A DNA stretch of 64,000 nt from Lepidodermella squamata (taxonomy: Eukaryota; Animalia; Gastrotricha), in NCBI GenBank assembly GCA_047495785.1, contig JBLDXI010000025.1, positions 744,001 to 808,000 on the forward strand, in the 5' to 3' direction. The notes beneath the pieces are model-generated. The model did no database searches. It was not told the DNA's origin and saw nothing but the letters and a program-made list of their open reading frames with translations. Position 1 is the first letter of the stretch, and each line of letters begins with the position of its first letter. The translations under genes and the position numbers were made by a program. This document shows, one piece after another, positions 1-12,291 of this stretch.

Positions 1-312
1 AAAAATCGAATTTCAATCTCATGTTGACTCATGTCCGACCATGCAAGATAACGGATAACGGTGTCCTGATCTCAAAGCCTTGTAGCCATCATCGAAAAGC
101 AATATTCCTCAAAAGGGTGATCAAGAATTCAAATTCAATGTTCTACGGAATTTCCAAGTCGAAATTCCGATGATGTCATTCCCGCCGTGAACGGGTTACA
201 CACCTTTTCGAACAATCCCACTTGTTTACAAGCCAGACAATAGATCGTAGTTTTATTTCGCTCAATCTGTATACCTATCCACTATAGATCTATTAGATCT
301 CAATTCCTAGTG

Positions 313-597
313 TCATTCGAAATTTCGTAGTTCTCGCTTTTGGTTGTAGCTTGGCCTGTAGCAAGAACATTCACGGCGTTGGAAGTCAGCGATCCATAGC
401 TCACAGCCTGAATTCGATCTCGGTGCATTGCCGGTTCGCAGCGATCTCCTCGAGCCGATTTTCCATCCACAGCTATGCTTGATCACCCGGCACAGGTCAA
501 AGCACGATCGGCCATTTGGCCAGGTCTCCTCGGCTAGGCAGCAACACAATACAAGAGCTAAGCAAGCTACAGATAACGCCACTGGAAATCGTGTCAT
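313..597 (-). CDS. Secreted 6-Cys peptide A (CSab/defensin- or macin-like), 94 aa
   Basis: ATG at 597 gives a signal peptide (MTRFPVALSVACLALVLCCCLA) followed by a mature region with CxxxC (CFDLC) and CxC (CSC); paralogous to 1313-1603. Confidence 0.75.
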   Translation of the reverse strand: MTRFPVALSVACLALVLCCCLAEETWPNGRSCFDLCRVIKHSCGWKIGSRRSLRTGNAPRSNSGCELWIADFQRRECSCYRPSYNQKRELRNFE

Positions 598-1312
598 AAT
601 TATTGTGCTAGAAGCAGTGAAATTAAAAAATGGACCGGCCGAGAATCGCACCGAAGACACCCATCATCATCAGGCCGGATATTGCGGGCCGAAATTGCGT
701 GGACATATTTAGCTGTGATTGATGAGTCATCTCAGTTGTTTGTTTGTCTTTAACGTGTGGTTTTATTGTCCACACATCGATCGATATTAAAATGATTGCT
801 ATGCATAGAAGCCGTTCGCGTCGTGTCGCGTCCGTGCGCTTTGGCGCAATTTGAAAACAAGGTTGTCTGTCACTTGAGTGCGGATGACTAGCGCAGGCGG
901 TCTGAAACAATCCACCCCTGAATAATCAATCACACCCCACCAATGTCTTAGTATGAACTACAAAGACATTAAAAGAGTAGGTCAGAATTTTCGTTACCAT
1001 AGATCATAGACAACATGCATTTATTTAGCCAAAAATGTTCTCAACGCCTATCATGTCATTTCTCGTGTCAGCTGAGAATTTCAACTGGGTACGAGATATC
1101 TCCTCATCATCCTCATTATGAAGGCCCACCAGCGCATGACAAAACGAGCAAAAACATCCAAGAACTGACCTCATTTTTCTGATTTCAACTTCCAACCAAG
1201 TTTTGTAATTTTAAGCTTTAATACGACACGACATGGGCGATAAATTGAACTGATTCGAACAGTTTCATGCCTCTTTTAAACGAAAGATAGAACAAATTTT
1301 CCAAGTCCCTTG

Positions 1313-1603
1313 TTAAGCCGTAAAAATATCGAACAGTTTTTTCGAGCTGGACGTTCTCGGGCAAGAGCATTGCCGCCGCTGCAGATCCGTTGTCCAGATA
1401 TCGCAGTTTGAGAATCCTGTGCTCGCGCCCAGCTGCACGTGGCTGTTTCGGTAGGCCGAGTAGCTCAGCCATTTGCAGCGGTCGCGCACCAGCCGGCATA
1501 GATCTCTGCAGTTGTACCAAGTTAGCGATGGTTCAGATGAGATACCAGGGATGAGATGGACGATGGTAAGGAATGTGACGGCTGTCAGCAAAATCGGCCT
1601 CAT
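1313..1603 (-). CDS. Secreted 6-Cys peptide B (paralogue of A), 96 aa
   Basis: Signal peptide, then CRDLCR...C.W...CDIW..D.QRRQCSC; same Cys framework and DLCR/QRR motifs as peptide A. Confidence 0.78.
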   Translation of the reverse strand: MRPILLTAVTFLTIVHLIPGISSEPSLTWYNCRDLCRLVRDRCKWLSYSAYRNSHVQLGASTGFSNCDIWTTDLQRRQCSCPRTSSSKKLFDIFTA

Positions 1604-2236
1604 TTCAAAAACTGAAAATTTTATGATAATAAAGCACAGCTAAATGTCTCTCAAAACTGAAATAGCTGAATGTCGTAGAAATTAATCCGCAACTATACAA
1701 AATCAATGAAAATTGCCTGATCAAATTGTTTGGCAATCAGACTTACGCTGAATTAGAAATAGTATATTTATTCCCTCTTAAGAAGCCTTAGCCGGACAGT
1801 AGACGGGGCACTTGTAGGCGTAATCACTATGCCGGCCCTAGAATACGTAAATGTTATCTATTTGCCGTTATCCGGTACAATTTTGATGTGAAGCAAATCA
1901 GGAAATCGCGTGGCCACAGCCCAGATTATTTACTGAATATAGACATTGCTCGGCCTGAAAAAATGGCTAAATTTCACCAGTGAAGCCTTCACAGTCTCAT
2001 CTCCAAAGTTACTGTAAAACATGAAGTTTCACTCGATGAAAATGGCTGTCAAAATTCAAAATGCTTTAACTCAATCTTTCTATGGTCAAGTGTTTACATT
2101 TGTATTACTCTTGCTTTATTTAATTTCTCTATTTTTAAGTATTCCAAACTAGTAAAAGTTCGGTTAAAAAGCATGAAAGGTCCTAAATAATGTCGTAAAT
2201 GCCATTCTTATTCTGTTGTTTTTCATTGCGGTGCAT

Positions 2237-4741
2237 CTAATCTGTTGGCCAAACACTGCAGCGCTTCCGCCCTTCTGGATTCATCTTTGAACCTACAGGG
2301 CAGCTGAAAGCCGCGGCGAATGGTTCGGAGTTCTTCATGCCCTCGTTCACTCTGAATGAAAGATACAACAATTAAACTTAACTTAAAAAAGTTACTGGTT
2401 CGCAATCTCACCTCCACGGAGGATAAGCATGCTCGTCTACGAGCATTGCTGCTTTTCCTTCCGCTGTGACCGCCAGACAGAAAGCTTGCGCAGCGCTTAC
2501 GAAATAGATCTGGTTGTTGTTGAGCGGGACGCCCGGGATTTCGTATCTCTTGAGGCCGTCGTCACCAAATGCCTTTTTGAAAGCGGCATAGGCGAACTTT
2601 CCACCAGCGTTATCGGCCGCGTTTTCACCAAGGGTGGCCTCGCCATAGCCAGCTTTATTCGGATTCAAGGCTTGGAACTGGTCGACGAGACACTTGAGCT
2701 GCTCCTCGAATTTAGTTAGAGACGATGCTTCCAGAATTGGCTTTGCCTCGCCATAAGCATTGAAGTTGATTCCCATGCTATCGAAACCATGCATTACCTC
2801 TGTTAATAAAGAAATCGATTAAAAAGCAGCATGTATGAAACAAACAAATCTGACCGTGTCCAATAGTTTGAGCGGGAAATCCCCAATTCCAAGCGCTGGG
2901 TAGATCGAAGCGGAAAGCGGGAGCAATGAAGTAGCCGGCAAGCAATGCAAACGTGTTGAGTGTTGGTTTGTAAAAAGCATTTTGATCCATAATTGTCGCT
3001 CCTTGCCAGCTAAAGAAAAATTAAAATTAAAATCCTGCCTTCAAGAATATCTCCCAAAACTTACACAGCCTCCAGACGGTTGACTGGACCATTAAGCTTC
3101 CTCAGCATTTTAACATTATTGAATTGCTCGAGAGCTTGTTTGTTGTGCACGAAATCGGGGCCTGGAATGCTCAATTCATCGTACTTCTCGTCAAAAGCAT
3201 CGCTCAAGAGGTCGGACGGGAAACCGGTAGCAAATTGAATCTTTTCAATCTTCAGCTTGACAGCAGCCTTCGATTTGTCGTCCAACCACGTTTGCTTATC
3301 TAGACCTTCACGAATCTCAGCCAGAACCAAGTTAGTCATATTCGTAAGGTAGTCAACATTTTCCTTGGAGAAGTACCGCTTCACAAAACGACGTGCTGTG
3401 AAAACATCGCCGAAATGTTGCTCCAGCAAGGAATCGCATGACGGCGCGGTCTCTTTCGTTTGCGCGCAGAACGCCTCATCGTCCATCTGCTCTGACTCAT
3501 GGGTGGACTGAGCAACGACTCGAAGCCTATACAAAGGTTGAGTTATCTCACAAGCGATTTCTTTTGAGTAGGCGTTGATTGCTGTTAGAACCGCATAGTT
3601 TTGGAATACGCGTTTGCTTCGGTCGGCGCCGAGTTTTTCGCGAGTCGATGCGATGAGCTTAGAAAGCTGTTCAAAGTAAGTCTTTCCGCGGAATGAGATT
3701 CGAAGATCCTGAGAATTGAGCGACTCGGCACCAGCCATGCCGCCTAACGCTTGGAAAAAACCACGCCAATTGATATTTGGGCTAACTTTCTCCAGCTCCT
3801 CCAAGCGCTCATCGAACTTGTCCTCCTTGTTTTCAATGAAATTATCTTTCTCAACATCGTCATTCTCCGCATCGCCCAAGTCGCCATTGTTAAATGGTGA
3901 AATCTGTGAGGTGAAATGAACTAATATTATAACACGGGTTTTGGCTATCCTGAGAGAAACTTACCAGAGCTAGCTCAACCTCAAACTCAGCCAGATCCTT
4001 TATGTAAGTGTCAGAAACTGTGTAGCGGTCTTTTCTGGGGATGATCGTCTTGAACAACTTTGTAATCTCAGTGACGTACATTTCTTTAGCATCGTTCAGC
4101 GTTGCGTTGTCTTCGTCGCCGACAATCAACATATGAATGTTGTCAGTGAAGCCAAAGAATGGCGTTGTCCTTGGACCAAGAATGAGCTGATATTCGGAGC
4201 CATTCGCTGGATTAGCATCAACGCTTACTGTGAAGAAAGCAGTTTCCCCGTTGATCAGCGTAGCCGGCAGAACGAATTCCAACGGAACCTTGACTTCCTC
4301 GCTGCTGATGAAAAGCCCTCCGGTATCTCGAGCGAGGTCGCGTAGAAAGGCGATGGACGATTCGGTGTCATCGAAACGATCAGCACCAGAAGTGCAAGAA
4401 GAATAGAACTTCAGGAATTTTTTCTCGGCAGCGGTGAAGCTTGAAGCGTTTGTTTTAACAAAGTCCTGGAGGGCTTTCTGCTTCAGATCTTCGAGAACAT
4501 CGTTCATTGGTTCATTTCGCGGCACGCCGTTCTTCAAAACGGTATTCTCGGCATATCCTCCACAGGCGAACTGGAAGAAGTCGTCGCATGGGTCGGCAGA
4601 TAGATCCAGATTGTTCAGAATGAAATCCGCTGCCCTGACGCAGCCAGCAGTTGTGCAAGATCCAACGCCAACTGATGGATCAATCGGCTTAGATGAGACG
4701 AAGCTCAATAAAGCTGTGACCGCTAAGGTGGACAAAATCAT
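2237..4741 (-). CDS. Secreted M13 metallopeptidase (neprilysin/ECE-like), copy 1, 5 exons
   Basis: Exons 4741-3965, 3903-3065, 3009-2855, 2799-2412, 2351-2237 (GT-AG). Signal peptide; [12 protein letters not shown]; NAFY; spliced IGHEVMHGFD (HExxH across an intron); GENAAD; DEH..PWR; C-terminal [16 protein letters not shown]. Confidence 0.93.
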
Positions 4742-4795
4742 GGTTTTTAGTGCAGAGAAATATTAGCGAAAACCCCAGCTTAAATATACAGCTCA

Positions 4796-4852
4796 GGAAT
4801 GCCGATCACAAAAAGTTGGCATAAGGTGTGAACAGATGTTAAAAGGTGTGAA
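4796..4852. promoter_or_regulatory. Conserved upstream block of neprilysin copy 1 with tandem AGGTGTGAA (T-box-like) sites
   Basis: AGGTGTGAA at 4824-4832 and 4844-4852 plus GGAATG; same spacing conserved upstream of copy 2 (12356-12412). Confidence 0.45.
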
Positions 4853-5292
4853 CGAAATAGGCTTACCTGGAATTCAAGGCTCGCGAATCGACAATGGAAT
4901 CCATCTTCAATTCAAAGCATTCCAACGTATCAACTTTGTGTTGAGAATGTTATATAATTTATAAATTTTGGGTGCTGTTTTTTTCATTCAGGTGTGACTT
5001 TTTGACTCACACTTTTTCACTATTTCACGCCCGGCATGTTAAATGGACGGCGAAACTTAGAACAATGTGAGCTTTTGATATAATGCTACACGAAATTGTC
5101 CAAAGTATTTATCAAGCAATATTATAATGTTCCCACGCGCTGGTTCAAATACGTATAAGGAAAAAAAGGTATTCTGTGAAAGAAAATTCCTCAGAGTGAA
5201 AAACCTTGAGACTAATGAAGATGCCTGTGGCGAAAAATATGTTACAAATGTCATCTCTCCTTTGAGCATAACATTTGAGCATAGAGATATTA

Positions 5293-5479
5293 CCGTATTT
5301 GTTCTGATAGTAGCCCATCCACTAATAATCGCCCATCCCTAAAAGTAGCCCAAGGTTGAGAGGTAAAGTCGGTCCGAAAACATCAGAAATGAACGATTTA
5401 CCGACAATTATTTCTTGAAATTTTGAAAATTTCGAGGTTGAAATTTTAGTAGCCCGGGCTGTTATAGGAACAAATACGG
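5293..5479. mobile_element. Tc1/mariner(pogo)-like MITE
   Basis: Imperfect TIRs CCGTATTTGTTC...GAACAAATACGG flanked by TA on both sides. Confidence 0.7.
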
Positions 5480-5638
5480 TATTATGAATTTTGGGTTTAA
5501 AGCTATTACTCAAGCTCAAATGGCTATAACGCATTTGTTATCTATCTCATGAGCTTTTCAGAAACCGCAAACTGAATCCTATCCTCAGCCTCAGCCCAAT
5601 TCTCATTTCTCATTTATAGAGAACGTAGTAATCACACA

Positions 5639-6565
5639 CAGGGCCGAATTAACGCATGGTCTTGGAGGGCTGGAGCGAGGACCGCGAAACGCGAAAAGCA
5701 AGTTAATGCTCAGAACGCGTTATAGACGCTAATTATCCATTGACAACAGTTTATCAGGAATTTTAAAGGCGAGAAGCCAAATTGCAAATTCCGAATTTGC
5801 AATTTGGCTTCTCGCCTTTAAAATTTCCTCAAAATAATCACGAGTTTCATCTTTAGTGTCATTTATCACGCCGCCCCCTGACGAGATTTTTATTGAATTC
5901 TCGCCCCATAGGAAGATTTCAGCTCTCAACCCAAATTTGGAGCATTTTTAGGCTATTCAAGCAGATAACTCTTCAAAAATAGCGCATCGCTCGCGTTATG
6001 GTTACTAGTCTACATTTCCGCTGTAATAATGGATTTTTGTATTTGCCGCTTTCTGACCGATCGAAAATCAATGCAACAATCAACAATGTTGCGAAATCAT
6101 CAATTTTAGCCGATATGGCTAGGAAGCGCAGTGGGAAGACATGCACTAAAACCAGGTAGTGAGGTTTTACGACGTCCCGCGCCCGTATGCTGGAGAATTC
6201 GTTGAGATCGAGACTCGTGAAAACTTAAAATCAGAGAAATTGGGTACACATTTTCATTCATTCAATCAGTCAATCATTTTCAATCGGGAGCTAGTTCGTG
6301 AGTCCCATTTTCAAAAAATAGCGTTAGCTAAAGCTCGCTTCGCTCTTTGGGAGTGAATTTTTGTGCCTATTGGTAGCTTTTTAACTTTCTCAAAATTCAA
6401 CGCTCAGCTAGTCTTTCGCACACATAGGTGCAAAATTTCAGCTTTTTTGCTGGTTTATTATTGTAGTAATTAGTAATTGATGGCCCCAAATTAAAAAAAA
6501 ATTACAAAAAATGAGGCCGCCAACCGTCATAAGCCCAGGGCCGCCAGAAAGTTAATCCGGCCCTG
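5639..6565. mobile_element. Non-autonomous hAT-like element, 927 bp
   Basis: TIRs CAGGGCCGAATTAAC / GTTAATCCGGCCCTG and a perfect 8-bp TSD ATCACACA (5631-5638, 6566-6573). Confidence 0.85.
5759..5825. repeat. Perfect palindrome (33-bp arms, 1-nt loop) inside the hAT element
   Basis: AATTTTAAAGGCGAGAAGCCAAATTGCAAATTC-C-reverse complement. Confidence 0.95.
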
Positions 6566-6639
6566 ATCACACATGTGGCATGTGTGGAATAACGTGGTGG
6601 GGATGGTGGATACGGTACCCAGCAGTTGGCCCTGCTGCT

Positions 6640-7059
6640 GGGGGAGCAAGTGGTCGAGCGGTCCAAGCACCTCACTGGCGGCGAAGAGGCACGGGTTTAA
6701 TCCCCAGAACCGCAACACCAATCATTCTTCTACGCATTGAATGCGGCGTTTCTGGGACCGTTAATCAAGCTGACAGGAAGACGTGTCGCCGACTACGGAG
6801 CCAAGGGCACAATCCTCGAGTGCGTACCTGCTGGTAACACCGCCAAGCAAATCCACCCGAGACCGCGGTTTCCTCCCTCCCGGTGTAGGACGCCATTCAC
6901 CGGCAATCAAGATATGGCTACTCAGTACGCAAAGCCTGGGGACCATGGTTCGACCATCAACCATGGGAATAGTTCATTCATAAGCCTTGTGATGATGTCT
7001 GATACCAAATGCTAAATGTCGAAAGGCAACTTGCATAAATAAAGAGTATGAGTATGAGT
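6640..7059 (+). mobile_element. Probable tRNA-derived SINE
   Basis: A-box-like TGGTCGAGCGG and B-box-like GGTTTAATCCC at tRNA-like spacing; 3' end AATAAA followed by a (GAGTAT)n tail. No clear TSD. Confidence 0.5.
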
Positions 7060-7847
7060 TTAGCCCGTACCCGCCGGGTATGACCGCCATACAAGCAAAA
7101 TAGCTGGGTACGTCAACCAATCAGGAACATTGTTTACAATTTACGGCCAATCAAAGAATTTCTCGGACTGGCTCCCTTTTAAACGCAGCTGGCAGCTGAT
7201 TGGCCGGCTCTAATAACTTCAGAGCGTGTGGCAGCGCACTAATGCTACACGATATAATGCGCGCGCCCGCTTCGAGCGTGCTCACACAGTACACCATTCA
7301 TCGCCAATTGCGAGCGAAAGCAGTGCGCGATTGCGCGCGCGCCTGCACACACTCACGAATCACGATTTTCTTTCGTCTATTTCTTTCCCATTTCGGAAGA
7401 TAATCGCGCGCAAATTTGCAACCCGACCCAACTTTTCGAGCTGATTCAGAATATCTAATTTGTTTTTCGAAATTCCTCAGACTTCAAAACTTTTAGATTT
7501 CATAGCAGCAGCTATTTGTAAAATCGAAATTTCCTAATTCCTGACGAAAATGGAATGTTTCACATATTTCTAGCACAATGAAACAGCTTAGTTTCTTGCC
7601 AGTAAGTGAAAACGGGAATTTTTTTAGCCGAATTTGTAATTTTTCAAGCACAATGTTAACTTATCCTGAAGGAGAATGCCATGACTTCCCAAAAATGTTC
7701 CGCGTGCTAAACACGCCAATACTGTATGCATCCTAGTGCTCAGCTTCATAATACTTCGGGATAAATTCTAGTAATGGAATAACCCATGCGAGCGATGCGC
7801 AGTATCGCGAGTGCATTTTTTTCCATTTTTTAGACATGCCCTCATTA

Positions 7848-8618
7848 AGCTGGGTTCACGGACTCGCGATTTGTCGCGCACTTGTTCACGGACTCAGCGT
7901 TGTCGCGCGTGTCGCGGGTGTCGCATCAGTGTTTTGCGCGACAAAACGGTAGTGCGTTCACGGACTCAGCGACGCGACGGGCGCCCGAACAATAGGGCTG
8001 GGCGGCCGTTGCGTAACAGCGAGCGACAGAAAGAACAATGGATTTTGTCGCGTGTCGCGTCGCGAGGGTGAAAATCGCCTGTTTTGAGCGCGACAACGCG
8101 ACAACGCGACAAGTTCTGACAAGGCAAGAAGGCAATAATAATAATAAACCATAAATCGCCCGCCCGCTCAAGATCAAATGCCGCCCACGCAAAACACTGG
8201 TTTAATAATAACTCAATGATAAGCGCATAGGCTTTATTTTCATTTTTTCGCACGAGAACCCCCATATTCATTCGATAGAGAATTGTTTAGATTTTATTGC
8301 AGTATAAAAACCGCCACGATATTTGAAGGTAGCCATTTGACTACTGCGCGCGCGGCCAAAATGTTGTTGAAAATTATTTATGTTTTTCTTCAATTTTGTT
8401 CCGCTTTTACCCGCAATTGCGCAACCGACGCTTGGGGGCCGGGCGGAACTACTGTGGGCCCGCAATTGAGCCACAACAAAAGTTTGTCGCGCGCGACAGA
8501 ATTTTCAAGCGTGACTATCTGTGTGTGTCGCGTCGCTGTTTTCGTGCGACACACCCGCGACAGTCGCGTCGTCGCGCGCGACACTTGTCGCGCAGTCGCA
8601 GAGTTCGTGAACCTAGCT
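7848..8618. mobile_element. PIF/Harbinger-like MITE, 771 bp
   Basis: TIRs AGCTGGGTTCACGGACTC / GAGTTCGTGAACCTAGCT, TTA TSD on both sides, many subterminal GTCGCG/CGCGAC motifs. Confidence 0.8.
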
Positions 8619-9032
8619 TTATGCTAATACATTTTCAAGGAGGATTTGTCCGATCAAATAATTAGAAAACTCTTCCTCATGATCTTAGTCTTGCAAGATC
8701 AAGATTATCTTTTTATTGTCCAGCTGAAAGTGAAGTTCCATACAGTAGTAGTCCGAATCTGTTTTAACTGTCAAACAAGCCCTAAAGGGCGGGTGCGTTT
8801 CTTTATTCTCAACAACAAGGCAGAAAGCAGAGACCGCATTTCTGCTGAAAAGCTGAGGAAATGTATGTAATACTCCTTGTAAGTCTTTATTTCCCGCTCC
8901 AAAGCAGTTAAGAACAATCAATCAATGAGACGATTGGTAAATTCTCGATATTCTTCATTAAATCATAACTAAATCATCCATCCGATTCATTCAACAGACA
9001 AGTCATATTTAAAATTACTATTCCGCATCTCA

Positions 9033-9391
9033 TTAGTTCTTAATGTAGGTATATTGCCCAGAAGATTGCGTGACCTTGCTGTCGCAGCCCAGTAAGACGT
9101 GACAGAATTTGACACTGGAGAGGAAAGTGAATCCGATGCAGGTTTTAGACTCGCTACAAAAAGCAGCACACGCCGGAATATTTGAATTTTTCTTCACAGA
9201 GCCAATAGTGTCGTGATCGATAAAGCAATTATAGCTAACAGACGTGTAGCCAGCAACCGCTGAAAATACAAATGATTTCAATAGTCATAGCCAGCAGCGT
9301 CAGTATCAGAAAACCTACTAATGTTCTGCGCCGAGATAGCCGATACGACCGCCAAGAAAACGGCCAATGCAGGAAGAAAGGACCCAGCCAT
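9033..9391 (-). CDS. Small secreted single PAN/apple-domain protein (about 99 aa), 2 exons
   Basis: Exon 1 9391-9319 (signal peptide MAGSFLPALAVFLAVVSAISA), intron 9318-9260, exon 2 with the PAN pattern C-x3-C-x5-C-xGFTF-x5-C. Confidence 0.8.
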
Positions 9392-9798
9392 TTCAATTGT
9401 AAATGAGAATGAAGTTTAAAGAGAAATTATTACAATGATACTTCGCGAATTATGGGGGTATTTATTGAGTCCACCCAGTTTTCACCAGAAAAACAATTTG
9501 GTGACGCAGCATTTTGCTGCCAAAAATACGAGAGAACAAGTACTGCGTGATCGATTAAAATACAGTGTTGATATTACAGTTGAAATACCTCGTTGTCATT
9601 AGCAGCAGATGTTTAATTGTTTTTTACTTGTTTGTCGTACTCGGTATTATTTTCCCCATAAGCATTAGACATTAGATATCGTTGCTGCTCAATTCATTGC
9701 TATTTCATTTATCATTCGTGGTGGCATTTTCGTGGTAGCATTTATAATTTGTCCATTGTAACGTTCAAAATTCGGAAATATCATATTGGCGAATTGTT

Positions 9799-12291
9799 TC
9801 ACTGGGTTCCCCAGACATCGCAGCGTTTCCATCCTGCTGGGTTCATCTTCGAACCTACCGGGCAGCCAAAAGAGGTGGCGAATGGTTCGAAGTTCTTCAA
9901 TCCCTCGTTCACTCTGTAGTAAATAGAATAGCATAAAAAGTTGCAAAGTTGCATTAGAAGAAATCTAACCGCCAAGGAGGGTAGGCATGCTCGTCGGCAA
10001 GCAAGTCCGCTCTCCCTTTTTCTGTAACGGCCTGGCAGAAAGCTTGAGCAGTGCTCACAAAGAAGATCTGATCGTTGCTGAGCGGGACGCCCGGAACTTC
10101 GTACCTCTTCAGGCCATCCTCACCAAAAGCCTTTCTGAAAGCTGCATAGGCAAATTTGCGTCCAGCGTTATCAGCCGCGTTTTCAGCAAGCGTGGCCTCG
10201 CCATAGCCAGCTGCATCTGGACGCAAGGCTTGGAACTGGTCGACGAGACACTTGAGCTGCCCCTCGAATTTTTCAGCCGACGCTTTTTCCAGAATTAGCT
10301 TAGTCTCACCGTTAGCGTTGAAGTTCACTCCGTTGCTATCGAAGCCGTGCATTACCTCTGTTGCAAGCATAAATTAAAGAAAATCATCTATAAAACGAAG
10401 AAATCCAACCGTGTCCGATAACTTGTCCAGGGAATCCCCAATTCCAAGCGCTGGGCAGGTCGTAGCGGAAAGAAGGAGCAATGAAGAAGCCAGCAATCAA
10501 AGCGAACGTATTTAGGGTTGGTATATAGAAAGAGTTCCGCTCCATAATATTAGCTCCCTGCCAGCTAAAAAAATCGAATATTACCCTGAAACCCTGATAA
10601 TTTCTTTAAAAACTTACACAGCCTCGAGACGGTTAACAGGACCATTAAGCAGGCGCAACATTTTCAAATTTTTGAATTGGTCTATAGCTTTTTTGTTGTG
10701 CACAAAATCGGGGCCTGGAATGCTCAATTCATCGTACTTCTTATCGAAAGCATCGCTCAAGAGATCGGACGGGAACCCGGTTGAAAATTGAATCGTTTCA
10801 ATCTTCAGCTTGACTGCGGCCTTTGATTTTTCGTCCAGCCACGTCACCTTATCGAGACCATCGCGAATTTCAGCCAGAACCAAGTTAGTCATATTTGTAA
10901 GGTATTCGACGTTTTCCTTTGAGAAGTACCGCTTCACAAAACGACGTGCGGTGAAGAGATCAGCGAATTGCTGTTCTAGCAAATCGTTGCATGATGGCGC
11001 TGCCTCTTTCGTTTGTGCGCAGAACGCCTCATCGTCCATCCGTTCTGACTCATCCGTGGACTGAGCAACGACTTGAAGCCTGTACAGCGGCTGCGTTATC
11101 TCACAAGCGATTTCTTTCGAATAGGCATTGATCGCTGTTAGAACCGCATAGTTTTGGAAGACGCGTTTGCTTCGGTCGGCGCCGAGTTTTTCGCGAGTGG
11201 TTCCGATGAGCTTAGAAAGCTGCTCAAAGTAGGTCTGGCCGCGGAATGAGATTCGAAGATCCTGAGAATTGAGAGAATCAACACCAGCGATGCCTCCCAA
11301 TGCTTGGAAAAAACCACGCCAATTGATATTTGGACTGACTTTCTCTAGCTCCTCCAAGCGCTCATTGAATTTGTCCTCCTTGTTTTCAATGAAGTTATCT
11401 TTCTCAACGTCGTCATTCGACGTATCGCCCTTGTCACCGTCGTTATATGGCGAAATCTGCGGGATAAATAGAATAATGAAACAAAACCGTCTCTCAGTAA
11501 TCAAGGATGCTTACAAGAGCTAGTTCGACCTCAAACTCAGCCAGATCCTTTATGTATGTGTCAGAAACTGTGTATCGGTCCTTCTTGGGGATGATCGTCT
11601 TGAACAGCTTTGAGATCTCAGTGACGAACATTTCTTTAGCATCGTTCAGTGTCGCGTTGTCTTCATCGCCAACAATCAACATATGAATATTATCAGTAAA
11701 TCCGAAAAATGGCGTTGTCCTTGGACCAACAATTAGCTGATATTCGGAACCATTCGCTGGATTAGCATCGACGCTAACTGAGAAAAAAGCAGTTTTTCCA
11801 TTAATTAGCGTAGCTGGTAGAACGTATTCCAACGGAACCTTGACTTCCTCGCTGCTGATGAAAAGCCCTCCGGTATCTCGAGCGAGGTCGCGTAGAAAGG
11901 CGATGGACGATTCTGTGTCATCGAAGCGATCAGCACCATCAGTGCAAGATTGGTAGAACTTCAGGAATTTTCGCTCCGCCGCGGTGAAGCTTGAGGCGTT
12001 CGTTTTAACGAAGTCCTGTAGGGCTTTCTGCTTCAGATTTTCGAGAATGTTGTTCATTGGCCCATCACTTTCTTCTCCGTCCTTTAGAACGGTGTTGTCA
12101 GCATATCCGCCACAGGCGAACTGATAGAAGTCTTCACATGGGTCGATAGTTAGGTCCAGATTATTCAGAATGAAATTCGCTGCCTTGACGCATCCAGCAG
12201 TTGTGCAAGATCCAACGCCAACTGATGGATCAATCGGCTTAGCTGAAACGAAACTCAAAAGAGCTGAGACCGCTAGGGTAGACAAAATCAT
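9799..12291 (-). CDS. Secreted M13 metallopeptidase (neprilysin/ECE-like), copy 2, 5 exons
   Basis: Same intron positions as copy 1; spliced [25 protein letters not shown]; stop TGA at 9799-9801. Confidence 0.93.

Noticed and set aside
6980-7045. Penelope-type hammerhead ribozyme (TGATGA...GTCGAAA)
   Set aside because: The core reads GTGATGA rather than CTGATGA and no stem II can be formed; better explained as a SINE tail.
6527-8665. Numerous short ORFs in the ORF track
   Set aside because: They lie within GC-rich transposon or SINE sequence and show no protein motifs.
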